From assembly GCA_965205675.1 (NCBI GenBank), contig OZ242186.1:1632001-1696000 (forward strand): a DNA stretch of 64,000 bases. The letters are read 5' to 3'. Below are positions 31,337 to 40,054 of the stretch, piece by piece. A program made the translations under genes and the position numbers. The notes under the pieces are model-generated. The model did not search any database, was not told where the DNA came from, and saw only the letters and a program-made list of their open reading frames with translations. The stretch comes from Nitrosopumilus sp. Lineage in GTDB: Archaea > Thermoproteota > Nitrososphaeria > Nitrososphaerales > Nitrosopumilaceae. Each line of letters opens with the position of its first letter. Positions within the stretch are counted from its first letter, which is position 1.

Positions 31337-32420
31337 TACCTCGGAGCATAATTCTTTGCAATTTTTCAAAACAAATAGCAATACTTTTTGATCAGTAGTT
31401 AGAAATAATTTCATGGACATCACAAATGACGAGTTACTCCAGGCCTACAAAAAAGAAAAAAATATTCACAAAAAAACAAGATTACATGCAATGTGTAAGA
31501 TTAAAATCAACGAATCCACAATTGCTGAAACTGCCAACCAAATGTTTTGTACCTACAATTCTGTAAGGAATTGGCTTGATTCATTTGAAAAATATGGATT
31601 GGAGGATCTCCCTCGTTCTGGCCGTCCGCCATTAATCTCACACAAAAAATTACAAAAGATAGAGCGTGCATTTAAGAAAATTTCAGACGGCATGACTCCA
31701 AAGAAACTGATACAATTCATATTTTACAGAACACGCATTACATATCATATCACTCATGTGCGTCGTTTGATGCACAAATGGAATCTAAAACCAAAGGTTC
31801 CACAAAAACTACATGTACGAGCAGCATCCAAGGATACATGCCGCAAGTGGAAAAACCGCATCATTTCACGCATAGAAAAGGCAAAAAAGAAAGGTTTTAC
31901 AGTATTTATCCAAGACGAGTCTGTATTTGTAGACGATGTGCGTCTTGGCAAAAAATACTGGACAGATGCACACCAAAGATTAATTGTATGTTGGAGAGGA
32001 TCGCACCAAAGATTTTTGGTTTATGGAATGGTGACAGATGGCAATCAAAGTTTTTTTAGATCGTATGAAAAATTTAATTCAATTGCATTTATGGATTATT
32101 TGGAAGCAGCTCGTAGAAAATTTGGAAAAATATTTGTTATCGTCGATAGAGCACCGCAACACAAAGCTAATGATGTAAAAAAATATCTGCGTAAAAACAA
32201 AGATGTCAAACTGGCATATCTTCCGAGAGGTTCCCCGCATTTGAGTATGATTGAAGAGGTTTGGAGACAGTGCAAACATGTTAATGTTGAATCAGAATTT
32301 TATGAATCTATTCATGAGATGAGGCATACAGTTATGGAATATTTTAGAACGCACAAATTTAATTTGAATATGTATTATTTTGCAAGAACAGTAAATTGAA
32401 AAGACTTATGATCTGGGGTA
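31337..32420 (+). mobile_element. IS630-family insertion sequence immediately 3' of tRNA-Ser
   Basis: TIRs TACCTCGGAGCATAATTCTTT / revcomp TACCCCAGATCATAAGTCTTT; flanking TA duplication. Confidence 0.9.
31413..32399 (+). CDS. IS630 transposase (single intact ORF)
   Basis: DLPRSGRP HTH; QDES, DRAPQH and IEEVW DDE motifs. Confidence 0.92.
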   Translation: MDITNDELLQAYKKEKNIHKKTRLHAMCKIKINESTIAETANQMFCTYNSVRNWLDSFEKYGLEDLPRSGRPPLISHKKLQKIERAFKKISDGMTPKKLIQFIFYRTRITYHITHVRRLMHKWNLKPKVPQKLHVRAASKDTCRKWKNRIISRIEKAKKKGFTVFIQDESVFVDDVRLGKKYWTDAHQRLIVCWRGSHQRFLVYGMVTDGNQSFFRSYEKFNSIAFMDYLEAARRKFGKIFVIVDRAPQHKANDVKKYLRKNKDVKLAYLPRGSPHLSMIEEVWRQCKHVNVESEFYESIHEMRHTVMEYFRTHKFNLNMYYFARTVN

Positions 32421-32430
32421 TATATGGTAC

Positions 32431-32646
32431 ATGGTAACTATACACTCCGCTCTTTTTTATTTTAGACTAATTTTTGGATTTGTAGGAATTATTATCTTAG
32501 GTGTAGGTTCTATATTTTTAGCCTGGCAATTATTTGAAAATCGCTTCTTTGATCTCGATTTGGTTGTGTTGGGGTTATTTATTGCCAACACATCCATACT
32601 TTGTGCAATTATTTGGAAATTATTAAAAAAATCCAGAGCAAAATAA
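32431..32646 (+). CDS. Small hypothetical 2-TM protein
   Basis: 71 aa with two hydrophobic helices and a basic tail. Confidence 0.55.
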   Translation: MVTIHSALFYFRLIFGFVGIIILGVGSIFLAWQLFENRFFDLDLVVLGLFIANTSILCAIIWKLLKKSRAK

Positions 32647-32940
32647 ATATGACATTATGATATTATTTACATCCATCACAAAGTTAAGGATATTTTAAAA
32701 AATTAACCTTTGTTTATGCGATCATCATCATTTCTAAAATCTTTATAAAATATTCAGTACTTGGGAAAGTAACTACCTGACATCTTCCAAATAGTATTGG
32801 GATTTTATTCCACTAAAGAAATCAATGATGACAATCTCAAAGATGCACTTGAGAATTTCAATTGTAATTATCCATGTGAATTGTTTTTATACATTTCCTC
32901 TCTTTCTATACATCAGGGCATGGCTTTCGCTAGAGAATGG

Positions 32941-33081
32941 TTTCAATCAAAAGATGGCAGACATGTATCCATACGAGACTATTCTCTCAATGCTATCTTC
33001 ATCCTAGTTAGGATTGTTCGCAGTTATTAGACGAGGCCTTGTCCCTCAATAATTACAACGCGACTTGCAGTCCTAACTATA
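32941..33081 (-). ncRNA. Putative bridge/seek RNA of IS110-A
   Basis: Stems TAGTTAGGA/TCCTAACTA and GAGG/CCTC frame loop segments TTGTAATTAT and TCTAATA, which match the target TTGTAAT-TAT-TGGA; donor loop carries ATGGATA; RNA ends approximate. Confidence 0.8.
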
Positions 33082-34186
33082 ATTTTGTACAAATTCTCTC
33101 CTCTCCTTTAACATCCAATAAATCACCCTCAGGATCTTTGATGCACCAGCTACTGCAGCTTTGGATGATCCTCTTTTCTTTTTAATGCGATTGTAAAATT
33201 TTGTAATGTCACTATCCTTGGCATGAATTGCATGAGTGTGTATGCATTCTGTTAGAACCCATCTCAATGTCATGCTTCCCCTTTTTGTTATTCTGCCATG
33301 GTGTATTGTATCTGCAGAGTTTCTAACTGATGGTACAACTCCTGCATATGCACACAGTTTGTGGGAATCATTGAATCTCTCAATATCTGCAATCTCTGAT
33401 GCAATGACAAGCGAAGAATAATGCCCAATTCCCGGAATCGAGTTTATCAAAATTGCATCAGGATTAACTTTTACAGCAGCATACACTTTGGAATTAATCT
33501 CTGCAATCTGTAAATTAAGGTGGCTGATTTGTTGCAAGAATCCGTCTATTCTGTAATCTCCTAGTGCCTTGAGTCTTCTGTTGTATGTTTCAGTGAATGT
33601 AACTCCTGGAATCCTGATTCCTTCCTGTAACAATATTCCATGAACTGAATTCTTGACAGATGTTCTCCATTGGATTAGTTTTTTCCTATATCTTACAAGC
33701 TGTCTTTGTTGTACAATCTTTTTGTCTGGAACATAACATGTGGCAATGTATCCTCCTCGTAAAAGATCTGCCAATATCTTGGCATCAATCTTGTCTGTTT
33801 TCTTTTTTGATGTAGCAATTGCCTTTGTCAAATATGGGTTTGAGAGTGTGACGTTTTTGTATCCCAAAGTATCTGTGAGAAATCGATACGTGTCATACCA
33901 GACTGATGAGGATTCCATTACAATATTTGCAGAAATTGGTATTTTTGCAAAATGCTTTTTTATGGATTCATGCGTGTTATCCACTTTGTCGTTTTGTAAT
34001 ACTTTGCCTGCATCATCCATTTATTACTTGAAGAAACTTCTTGTGCAGGTCAATGCCCACAAACATGCCTTTCTTTGGATTTTTTCTAATCTGTTTGTTT
34101 GTAATCTTTTTTGGAGCCGAGTATTTACGAACCTTGGAACTAGATTCATTTTTTATGCTATCTGATTTCCTTGCTTTCTTATTCAC
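33073..34186 (-). pseudogene. IS110 DEDD recombinase of element A, one frameshift near 34022
   Basis: VGIDLHK, VMES and KTDKIDA (DEDD); IPGIG, AYAGVVPSVRNSA, GRITKRG; GTG start inside the subterminal IR. Confidence 0.88.
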
Positions 34187-34263
34187 ATATCCATGTGAAT
34201 CCCTTTTAACTATTGTCGGTATTTTTGCCATATTAATTACAGCTTACGCTAATACACTCATAC

Positions 34264-34408
34264 TTTCAATCACAGATGAAACCAGACACATATCCATTCG
34301 GGGTTCTCCCCCAGTACCATCTTCATCCATTTATTAGGTGAAACCGCGGTTATAGTTTCGAGGTATTATGCATCCTCAATGTGAAAACGCGGCCAAACTC
34401 CTAACTGT
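34264..34408 (-). ncRNA. Putative bridge/seek RNA of IS110-B
   Basis: Same scaffold as the A RNA; loop segments TTTTCACAT and AACTATA match the target TATTCACA-TAT-AGTT; donor loop ATGGT / ATGGATA; RNA ends approximate. Confidence 0.8.
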
Positions 34409-34421
34409 AATGTTTTACAAA

Positions 34422-35514
34422 TTATTGATGACATTGAATAAATTCTCTCCTCTCTTTTAGCATCCAATAAATGACACGCAATAACTTTGATGCAGCAGCA
34501 ACTGCTGCCTTTGAGGTCCCTCTCTTTTTCTTAATGCGATTATAAAATTTTGTAATGTCGCTATCTGGTGCGTATCTAACATGTGCATGAATTGCCTCCA
34601 CTAGCAACCATCTTAGCATGGTGCTTCCTCTCTTTGTAATTCTTCCGTGATGTATTGTATCTGCAGAATTTCTCACCGATGGAACAATCCCTGCATATGC
34701 ACATAACTTGTGAGAATTTGAAAATCTACTAATCTCTGCAATTTCTGAGAATATGCTCAATGCAGTGTATGGTCCAACTCCAGGTATTGATGTCAAAATA
34801 CACACATCAGGATTATCATTTACCATGCGACGTATCATGGAATCTATCTTTGCAACCTCCTTTTTGTGAAATTTTATGCTTTGTAGGTACGAATCTATTC
34901 TATAACTCTCCAATTTTCCAAGTGCACGTATGTGTTCTGAGGAAAATGGTGTTGCTTTGATATGGATTCCCTCCTGTAGTGTAATACCATGTATGGAATT
35001 CTTCATCTTTACAATGATGCGCACAATCTTGTGTCGATGTCTTACAAGCTGTCTGTATTGCACAATTGTGTGATCTGGCACAAATGATTCTGCAATGTAT
35101 CCCTCCTCGTAGCAAATTTGCAAGATGGTACGCATCAATTTTATCAGTCTTTTTGAGTGATGATGCTATTATCTTTGTGTTGTATGGATTAGATAGTATA
35201 ACATCAAGATGTAATTTGTCTGTCATGTGTCTATAAAGGCCATACCAGACAGATGATGACTCTAAAACATATTTTGCGTTCTTTGGAATTTTGGATGTAA
35301 TTTTGCTAATAGCAGAAAAATCACTGGAAATCTTTTTGTTAAATAATAATTTGCCAATCTCATCTACTGCTGCCACCTGTACAGAGTTCTTGTGAACATC
35401 CAATCCTACAAACATCAAATATTTTTTTTCAGGAAGGGTAGTGTGTTTGTTTGCATTTCTTACTTTCTTGATACGAATGCAAGTACCATCTAATTTCCTA
35501 GCTGATTTTGGCAC
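34422..35514 (-). pseudogene. IS110 DEDD recombinase of element B, +1 G frameshift near 35100
   Basis: VGLDVHK, VLES, KTDKIDA; IPGVG, AYAGIVPSVRNSA. Confidence 0.88.
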
Positions 35515-36768
35515 ATATGGTTATAGTTATTGGATTTGTGTGATTAATAGAACAAATATTTCCCAACGTACAATTTGCAATAATCCATGTGTTAAACAAA
35601 ATCAAAGGATAGAAAAAATACAAAAACAGGACAGTCGGATTGACACTGCATGTCCTTGGTCTGAATTTACCAACACATGCATAACCTGTCTCTATTCCCA
35701 CCTTCTGCGATACTGGTCCTAGATTTGCCAAATGTTTTTTGATATCTCTGCGCTTTTGATATTTGTTGCAAAAACCAGATACTGGTCTGTGGGATTTGAT
35801 TTTGTAGGTTTTGGATTTGGCAAGATAACTAGATTAAATGATTCAACATGACCAGACCCTGAATGAATCCTGTACTCAGATATTGATTTACGGTTCCCCT
35901 CAACATATTGTATTATTGCCTTTTTGATTTCAGGTGTCTTTCTTGCCGGCATGATGAAATGTGTGTTGGTTTTGCTTTAGTTCATGAATTGTTCCAGTTG
36001 AGAAAAACTCTCTATCCAACAGAACTTGTTTTGTTGCAATGTTGTTTCTGGTGACATCGCCAAATAATTTACGCACGATATCTGCTTTAGAGTTGTTTTT
36101 TCTAATTGGTACACGCCAATTTGTGCCCTACATGATTTCTCTACACATTGAATTGTTCCATACCCTTCAAACGTATCAGTGCCATTTTTGGGTCTTGATT
36201 TTATCAGATATTGTGAATCTGTTTTGTCATACCTTGGGATAATGTGTTTGTCAATTGCAACAGTTACTGGATGATTCAGCATTCCCAATTTCTTTAGGTG
36301 TGTAATTGTTTGGTCAATTCCATCAGATAATGCAACAATCATTTTCTCTTGTGGTATTTTTGCAATCTGCTTTCTAATCCAAGAGCCTGATGAAATGACA
36401 CATTCAGTCCTTATCTTCAGTTTATTTGCAGTTGATTCAGAATAACAGTTACCAAGACAACATTCCATGATGAAATGATGAATGTCCTCTGAATTGTATA
36501 TGGCATTACTTTTTTGTGAGCAAGAAAACAACAATGTTGTGCACATTATTTTAGCAATATTTGCAAATACTTGAATTGTTGAATTTCTAATGTGTGCAAA
36601 ATCAAAATTATGATTCACATTTGATGGAGCAGCATGCCTCCATCAAGCTTTTTCTATCCAAATTTGTGGCGTTGTTGATCAAATGATTGTTAGTTTGTGA
36701 TCTAAATTGGATTATTTTCCCAAGTACTGGTATAGAATATGGGACAAGATAAAGGCTCAGTTGGGGTA

Positions 36769-36842
36769 TGGGCCCGAAGGGCTTCGATCCCTTGGCTCAC
36801 CGGTTATGAGCCGGTTACTCTACCAAGCTGAGTTACGGGCCC
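36769..36842 (-). tRNA. tRNA with CAT anticodon, most likely tRNA-Ile2 (agmatidine-modified)
   Basis: Cloverleaf; CCGG-CTCATAA-CCGG anticodon arm; GGGCCC acceptor stem typical of archaeal tRNA-Ile rather than Met. Confidence 0.85.
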
Positions 36843-36883
36843 TAAAGAAAGGAATTCTTTCTCAAGTATAAAATGTTATGAGA

Positions 36884-37516
36884 TCAACAATATTCTTCGT
36901 AGCAACTATCAAGCAACAAATTTTGTGCTGACATTGATTTATCTGCAATTGCAATCAAGTTACTAGAATCAACAGAAGATTGTTCCAAGATATTTCTCCA
37001 AGACGCTGCATGTCTAATGTCAGCTTCTGTGTGAAGTTTAAAGTATTCTGTAGCTTCATTATTTGTCATTCCATAAAATTCTGCCAAACCGTCAAGTTTT
37101 GTTTGGCTAATTTTTGGGATTTCTTTTTCAAATGCATACATGGCACATGCGCCACCATCAAAAGTATTCATTAGTTGAGTTAGATCATATACAGCTTTTT
37201 GAGTTTTAGCCGTTCCAGCATATGAAGTCAATTCTTCTTCAGGTATTCCAAGCTTACAAGCAAAATTAATCCATGGTTTGATATGATCAGATTCTTCTTG
37301 TTGATTTTCAACTAGTTCACTAGTTACTGTTTCAGGAGATTTTGCAATAATTGGAATCATAAAAGAAGGAACTGCTTTTACAAGTTGAAAGTATTCTTTA
37401 GAATAACCTCCAAGAGATTCCTGAGTTAATTTTCCACCAGACCACATTTGGTAAAATGGATGTTTTAGTAAACTTTTTTCTTCAATCATTTCATCAATTT
37501 TCTGTATTATATTCAT
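36884..37516 (-). CDS. TenA/PqqC/CADD-like heme-oxygenase-fold diiron protein
   Basis: HPFY..W, EESDH, YAFEKEIP..S..K, FKLHTEADIRH metal ligands. Confidence 0.85.
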   Translation of the reverse strand: MNIIQKIDEMIEEKSLLKHPFYQMWSGGKLTQESLGGYSKEYFQLVKAVPSFMIPIIAKSPETVTSELVENQQEESDHIKPWINFACKLGIPEEELTSYAGTAKTQKAVYDLTQLMNTFDGGACAMYAFEKEIPKISQTKLDGLAEFYGMTNNEATEYFKLHTEADIRHAASWRNILEQSSVDSSNLIAIADKSMSAQNLLLDSCYEEYC

Positions 37517-37595
37517 GATTCATCTCAAGTATGCCAATAAAAAAATCTTTGTGGTTTACAAAAGATTTTATGGTCATAAAAAATAATTTTCGTGG

Positions 37596-37671
37596 GTTCC
37601 AGTGGTGTAGACCGGTCAAGCATTTTGCCCTTTCAAGGCAAAGATCCCGGGTTCAAATCCCGGCTGGAGCA
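37596..37671 (+). tRNA. tRNA-Glu(TTC)
   Basis: Cloverleaf; TTGCC-CTTTCAA-GGCAA anticodon arm; GGTTCAAATCC T arm. Confidence 0.95.
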
Positions 37672-37701
37672 CTAAGATTTATTTACTTATGATAAAGTTT
37701 T

Positions 37702-38568
37702 TTGATCAAGCTCATCTTGGACCGTAAAAATATCGAGATTAATCCTTTACTTGAAACATATGGCAAATATATTCAACGAATCGATCAAGCTTTAGAAAAT
37801 GAACTTGGAATCTATTCTGAATCCGAGTTTATTGAACCTCTAAAATACTCCTTAGAAGGAGGAAAACGAATTAGACCAATTATTTTGAATTTAGCAGCTG
37901 AAAGTGTAGGTAAAATTGATGAAAATATACTTTCAGCTTCATGTGCTGTTGAATTTCTTCATATGGAATCAATTATTCATGATGATATTATCGATGACGA
38001 AATCATGAGAAGACAGAAAGAACCATTTCATATCAAATACGGGTACAACACAAGTGTATTAACAGGAGATTTTGTTTTAGGATTAATTCTTGCAATATCA
38101 TCCAGATTAGATAATGCTAGAATCACAAAAGATCTGGCAACTACGGCAATGCTAATGAGTGAGGGTGAAATGATTGAGGGCAGATTAGAAACAAGTGAAG
38201 ATGTAACATTTGATGATTATCTAAAAGTAATTGAATACAAGACTGCTGTAGCATTTCAAGTTGCAGCTAGAATAGGTGCAATAATTGCAAATGGGACTGA
38301 AGAACAAATTGAAGCATTAACTGAATATGGGAAAAATCTTGGAATTGCATATCAAATAAGAGATGACTTGTTAGATTGGAAAAATGAAGATAAATTATTT
38401 AATCTATTGATAAAGAAAAGTTCTGATCCTAGAGATGTCTTTAACAAGATGGAAGAATTACTAAAAGAGTATTCAGAAAAAGCAAGAACAGGTTTGAGAA
38501 AAATTCCAGACAGTGATGCAAAGATAAATCTGGATAATCTAATTAAATTTACTTTGTTTAAGGCATAA
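37702..38568 (+). CDS. Polyprenyl diphosphate synthase
   Basis: GGKRIRP, HDDIIDD (FARM), KTA, YQIRDDLLD (SARM). Confidence 0.93.
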   Translation: MIKLILDRKNIEINPLLETYGKYIQRIDQALENELGIYSESEFIEPLKYSLEGGKRIRPIILNLAAESVGKIDENILSASCAVEFLHMESIIHDDIIDDEIMRRQKEPFHIKYGYNTSVLTGDFVLGLILAISSRLDNARITKDLATTAMLMSEGEMIEGRLETSEDVTFDDYLKVIEYKTAVAFQVAARIGAIIANGTEEQIEALTEYGKNLGIAYQIRDDLLDWKNEDKLFNLLIKKSSDPRDVFNKMEELLKEYSEKARTGLRKIPDSDAKINLDNLIKFTLFKA

Positions 38569-40042
38569 GACCTAAACTAATTACTGGAGTTGCAAATTCT
38601 ACAAATTTGAGTAATGGTTCTGGATAAACACCAAATCCTACCAAGAAGATTGTGGAGAAAATCATTACAGCGATGATGGATTTTGGTTCTGTAACTCTCT
38701 TTTCGGTTTCTCCTTCAAAGTACATCTTTCTAGTAATCCAACCATAGTAAGCAAGAGATAGTGCACTGTTAAGAACACCTGCAATTGCCAGCCATGGTGC
38801 CCACCATAAAGCAGAGCTAGCATCTAAAGCACTTCCAAATAACATCAATTTACTCCAGAATCCGGAAAGTGGAGGTACGCCAGCTAGTGCAAAGAGAGTA
38901 ATAACTAGACCCAAAGCAGTGATTGGCATTCGTCTACCCAAACCTTTGAGTTTGTCAATGTGAGTAACTGCAAGAGTGGTAACAATGCCTGCAATTGCAA
39001 TAAATGCGGCACCTTTCATTACGGCGTGATTCATTATTTGATAGAGAGAACCTTGTAAACCTAAAGAACTGTGTGGTGCTACTGCAAGTCCAATCAAAAT
39101 GTATCCTGCATGTGCAATACTAGAATACGCCAACATTCTAGAAATGTTCTTTTGCATAATGGCTGCAACATTTCCAATTGTCATTGTCATTACAGCAATA
39201 ATACCAAGTGCCAATGTCCAATCAAGATTTAGTACAACCATACCAAGAACCACAATTCTAATTGTTGCTGCAAATCCTGCTTTCTTTGTTGCAGCAGCTA
39301 ATAATGCCGTAATTGTAGGTGGTGCTCCCTCATATGTATCAGGCAACCACTGGTGAAAAGGAACAAGTCCCATTTTAAATCCAAATCCTGCAATAAACAT
39401 TCCAACTGAAAGTAATGCAAGAGGTAACAGAGAAGGATCAAGTGTAGAGTATCCTTGAATGACTTCACCGATATTTGTAGAGCCTGTTAATCCATAAGAA
39501 AGTGAAATGCCATAAACGATTATTGCAGAAGATAGTGCACCAAACAAGAAATATTTCAGAGCTGCTTCATTAGAACTTGGATTCCTTTTCATGTAACCAA
39601 CTAAGATGTATGTTGGAATGCTCATGAGTTCCCATGCAACAAATAGCATTATCAAATCAGTAGAATATGCAACAAGAACCATACCGATAGTTGCAAGTAA
39701 AATCAGTGAATAGTAAACAGCAGGAGAATTATGCTTTCTCATATAATTGAAAGAGCCAACAGTTGTGAAAACGGCTACAATTAGCATTGCAATAGCAAAA
39801 AAGCCACCAAATGCATCATCTACAATTACATCTTCTGAGAATAGAGCAGATGAAGCAATATTATTAGCATAGAACTGATATCCAACATATCCCATAGATA
39901 CGATTAATGCTGCAAATGCAATTATAGCATAAAATGAATTAGAGCCTTGTTCTTTTCTTGCAATACTGATTATTGGAAGAAGTATTCCAACAGTACCCAA
40001 GATAGCAATTATGATTAATGGAGTAGAGGTAATTTCTAACAT
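38558..40042 (-). CDS. nuoN: NADH-quinone oxidoreductase subunit N
   Basis: EAALKYF, FKMGLVPFHQWLPD, RMLAYSSIAHAG. Confidence 0.95.
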   Translation of the reverse strand: MLEITSTPLIIIAILGTVGILLPIISIARKEQGSNSFYAIIAFAALIVSMGYVGYQFYANNIASSALFSEDVIVDDAFGGFFAIAMLIVAVFTTVGSFNYMRKHNSPAVYYSLILLATIGMVLVAYSTDLIMLFVAWELMSIPTYILVGYMKRNPSSNEAALKYFLFGALSSAIIVYGISLSYGLTGSTNIGEVIQGYSTLDPSLLPLALLSVGMFIAGFGFKMGLVPFHQWLPDTYEGAPPTITALLAAATKKAGFAATIRIVVLGMVVLNLDWTLALGIIAVMTMTIGNVAAIMQKNISRMLAYSSIAHAGYILIGLAVAPHSSLGLQGSLYQIMNHAVMKGAAFIAIAGIVTTLAVTHIDKLKGLGRRMPITALGLVITLFALAGVPPLSGFWSKLMLFGSALDASSALWWAPWLAIAGVLNSALSLAYYGWITRKMYFEGETEKRVTEPKSIIAVMIFSTIFLVGFGVYPEPLLKFVEFATPVISLGLMP

Positions 40043-40054
40043 TTCATCATTCTC

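Larger units (their letters stand above)
34188..35524 (-). mobile_element. IS110/IS1111-group element B, inserted in the end of element A
   Basis: Left end TATCCATGTGAAT is identical to that of A; right end GCACATATGGT-TAT is homologous to the restored A end TCACATATAGT-TAT. Confidence 0.85.
32869..35530 (-). mobile_element. IS110/IS1111-group element A (contains element B)
   Basis: TAT core at both junctions; subterminal IR ATGTGAAT (32874-32881) / ATTCACAT (34181-34188); excision restores the ISH3 reading frame. Confidence 0.85.
32773..36618 (-). pseudogene. ISH3-like transposase, frameshifted and split
   Basis: VAIDKH, FATN and YRRRW(G)IETGY motifs; after removing 32869-35527 the C-terminus reads in frame NPI|ITIEILKCIFE...EDVR*. 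Confidence 0.8.
32755..36729 (-). mobile_element. ISH3-like (IS4 superfamily) element, interrupted by two nested IS110 elements
   Basis: Perfect 14-bp TIR CAGTACTTGGGAAA (32755-32768, 36716-36729); transposase pieces lie on both sides of the IS110 nest. Confidence 0.85.

Noticed and set aside
34013-34231. ORF-track start (MAKIPT...) for the IS110-A recombinase
   Set aside because: The first 15 codons lie inside element B's end; the start homologous to B's is GTG 34186
7144-36842. Non-canonical T-loops in tRNA-Lys (TCCGAAT) and tRNA-CAT (ATCGAAG) as signs of pseudo-tRNAs
   Set aside because: All stems pair well, and T-loop variants are plausible lineage features; there is no other sign of decay
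37541-37569. Imperfect palindrome AAAATCTTT...AAAGATTTT as an operator or riboswitch
   Set aside because: Explained by back-to-back promoter elements of the divergent gene and tRNA-Glu; no TPP-riboswitch core was seen
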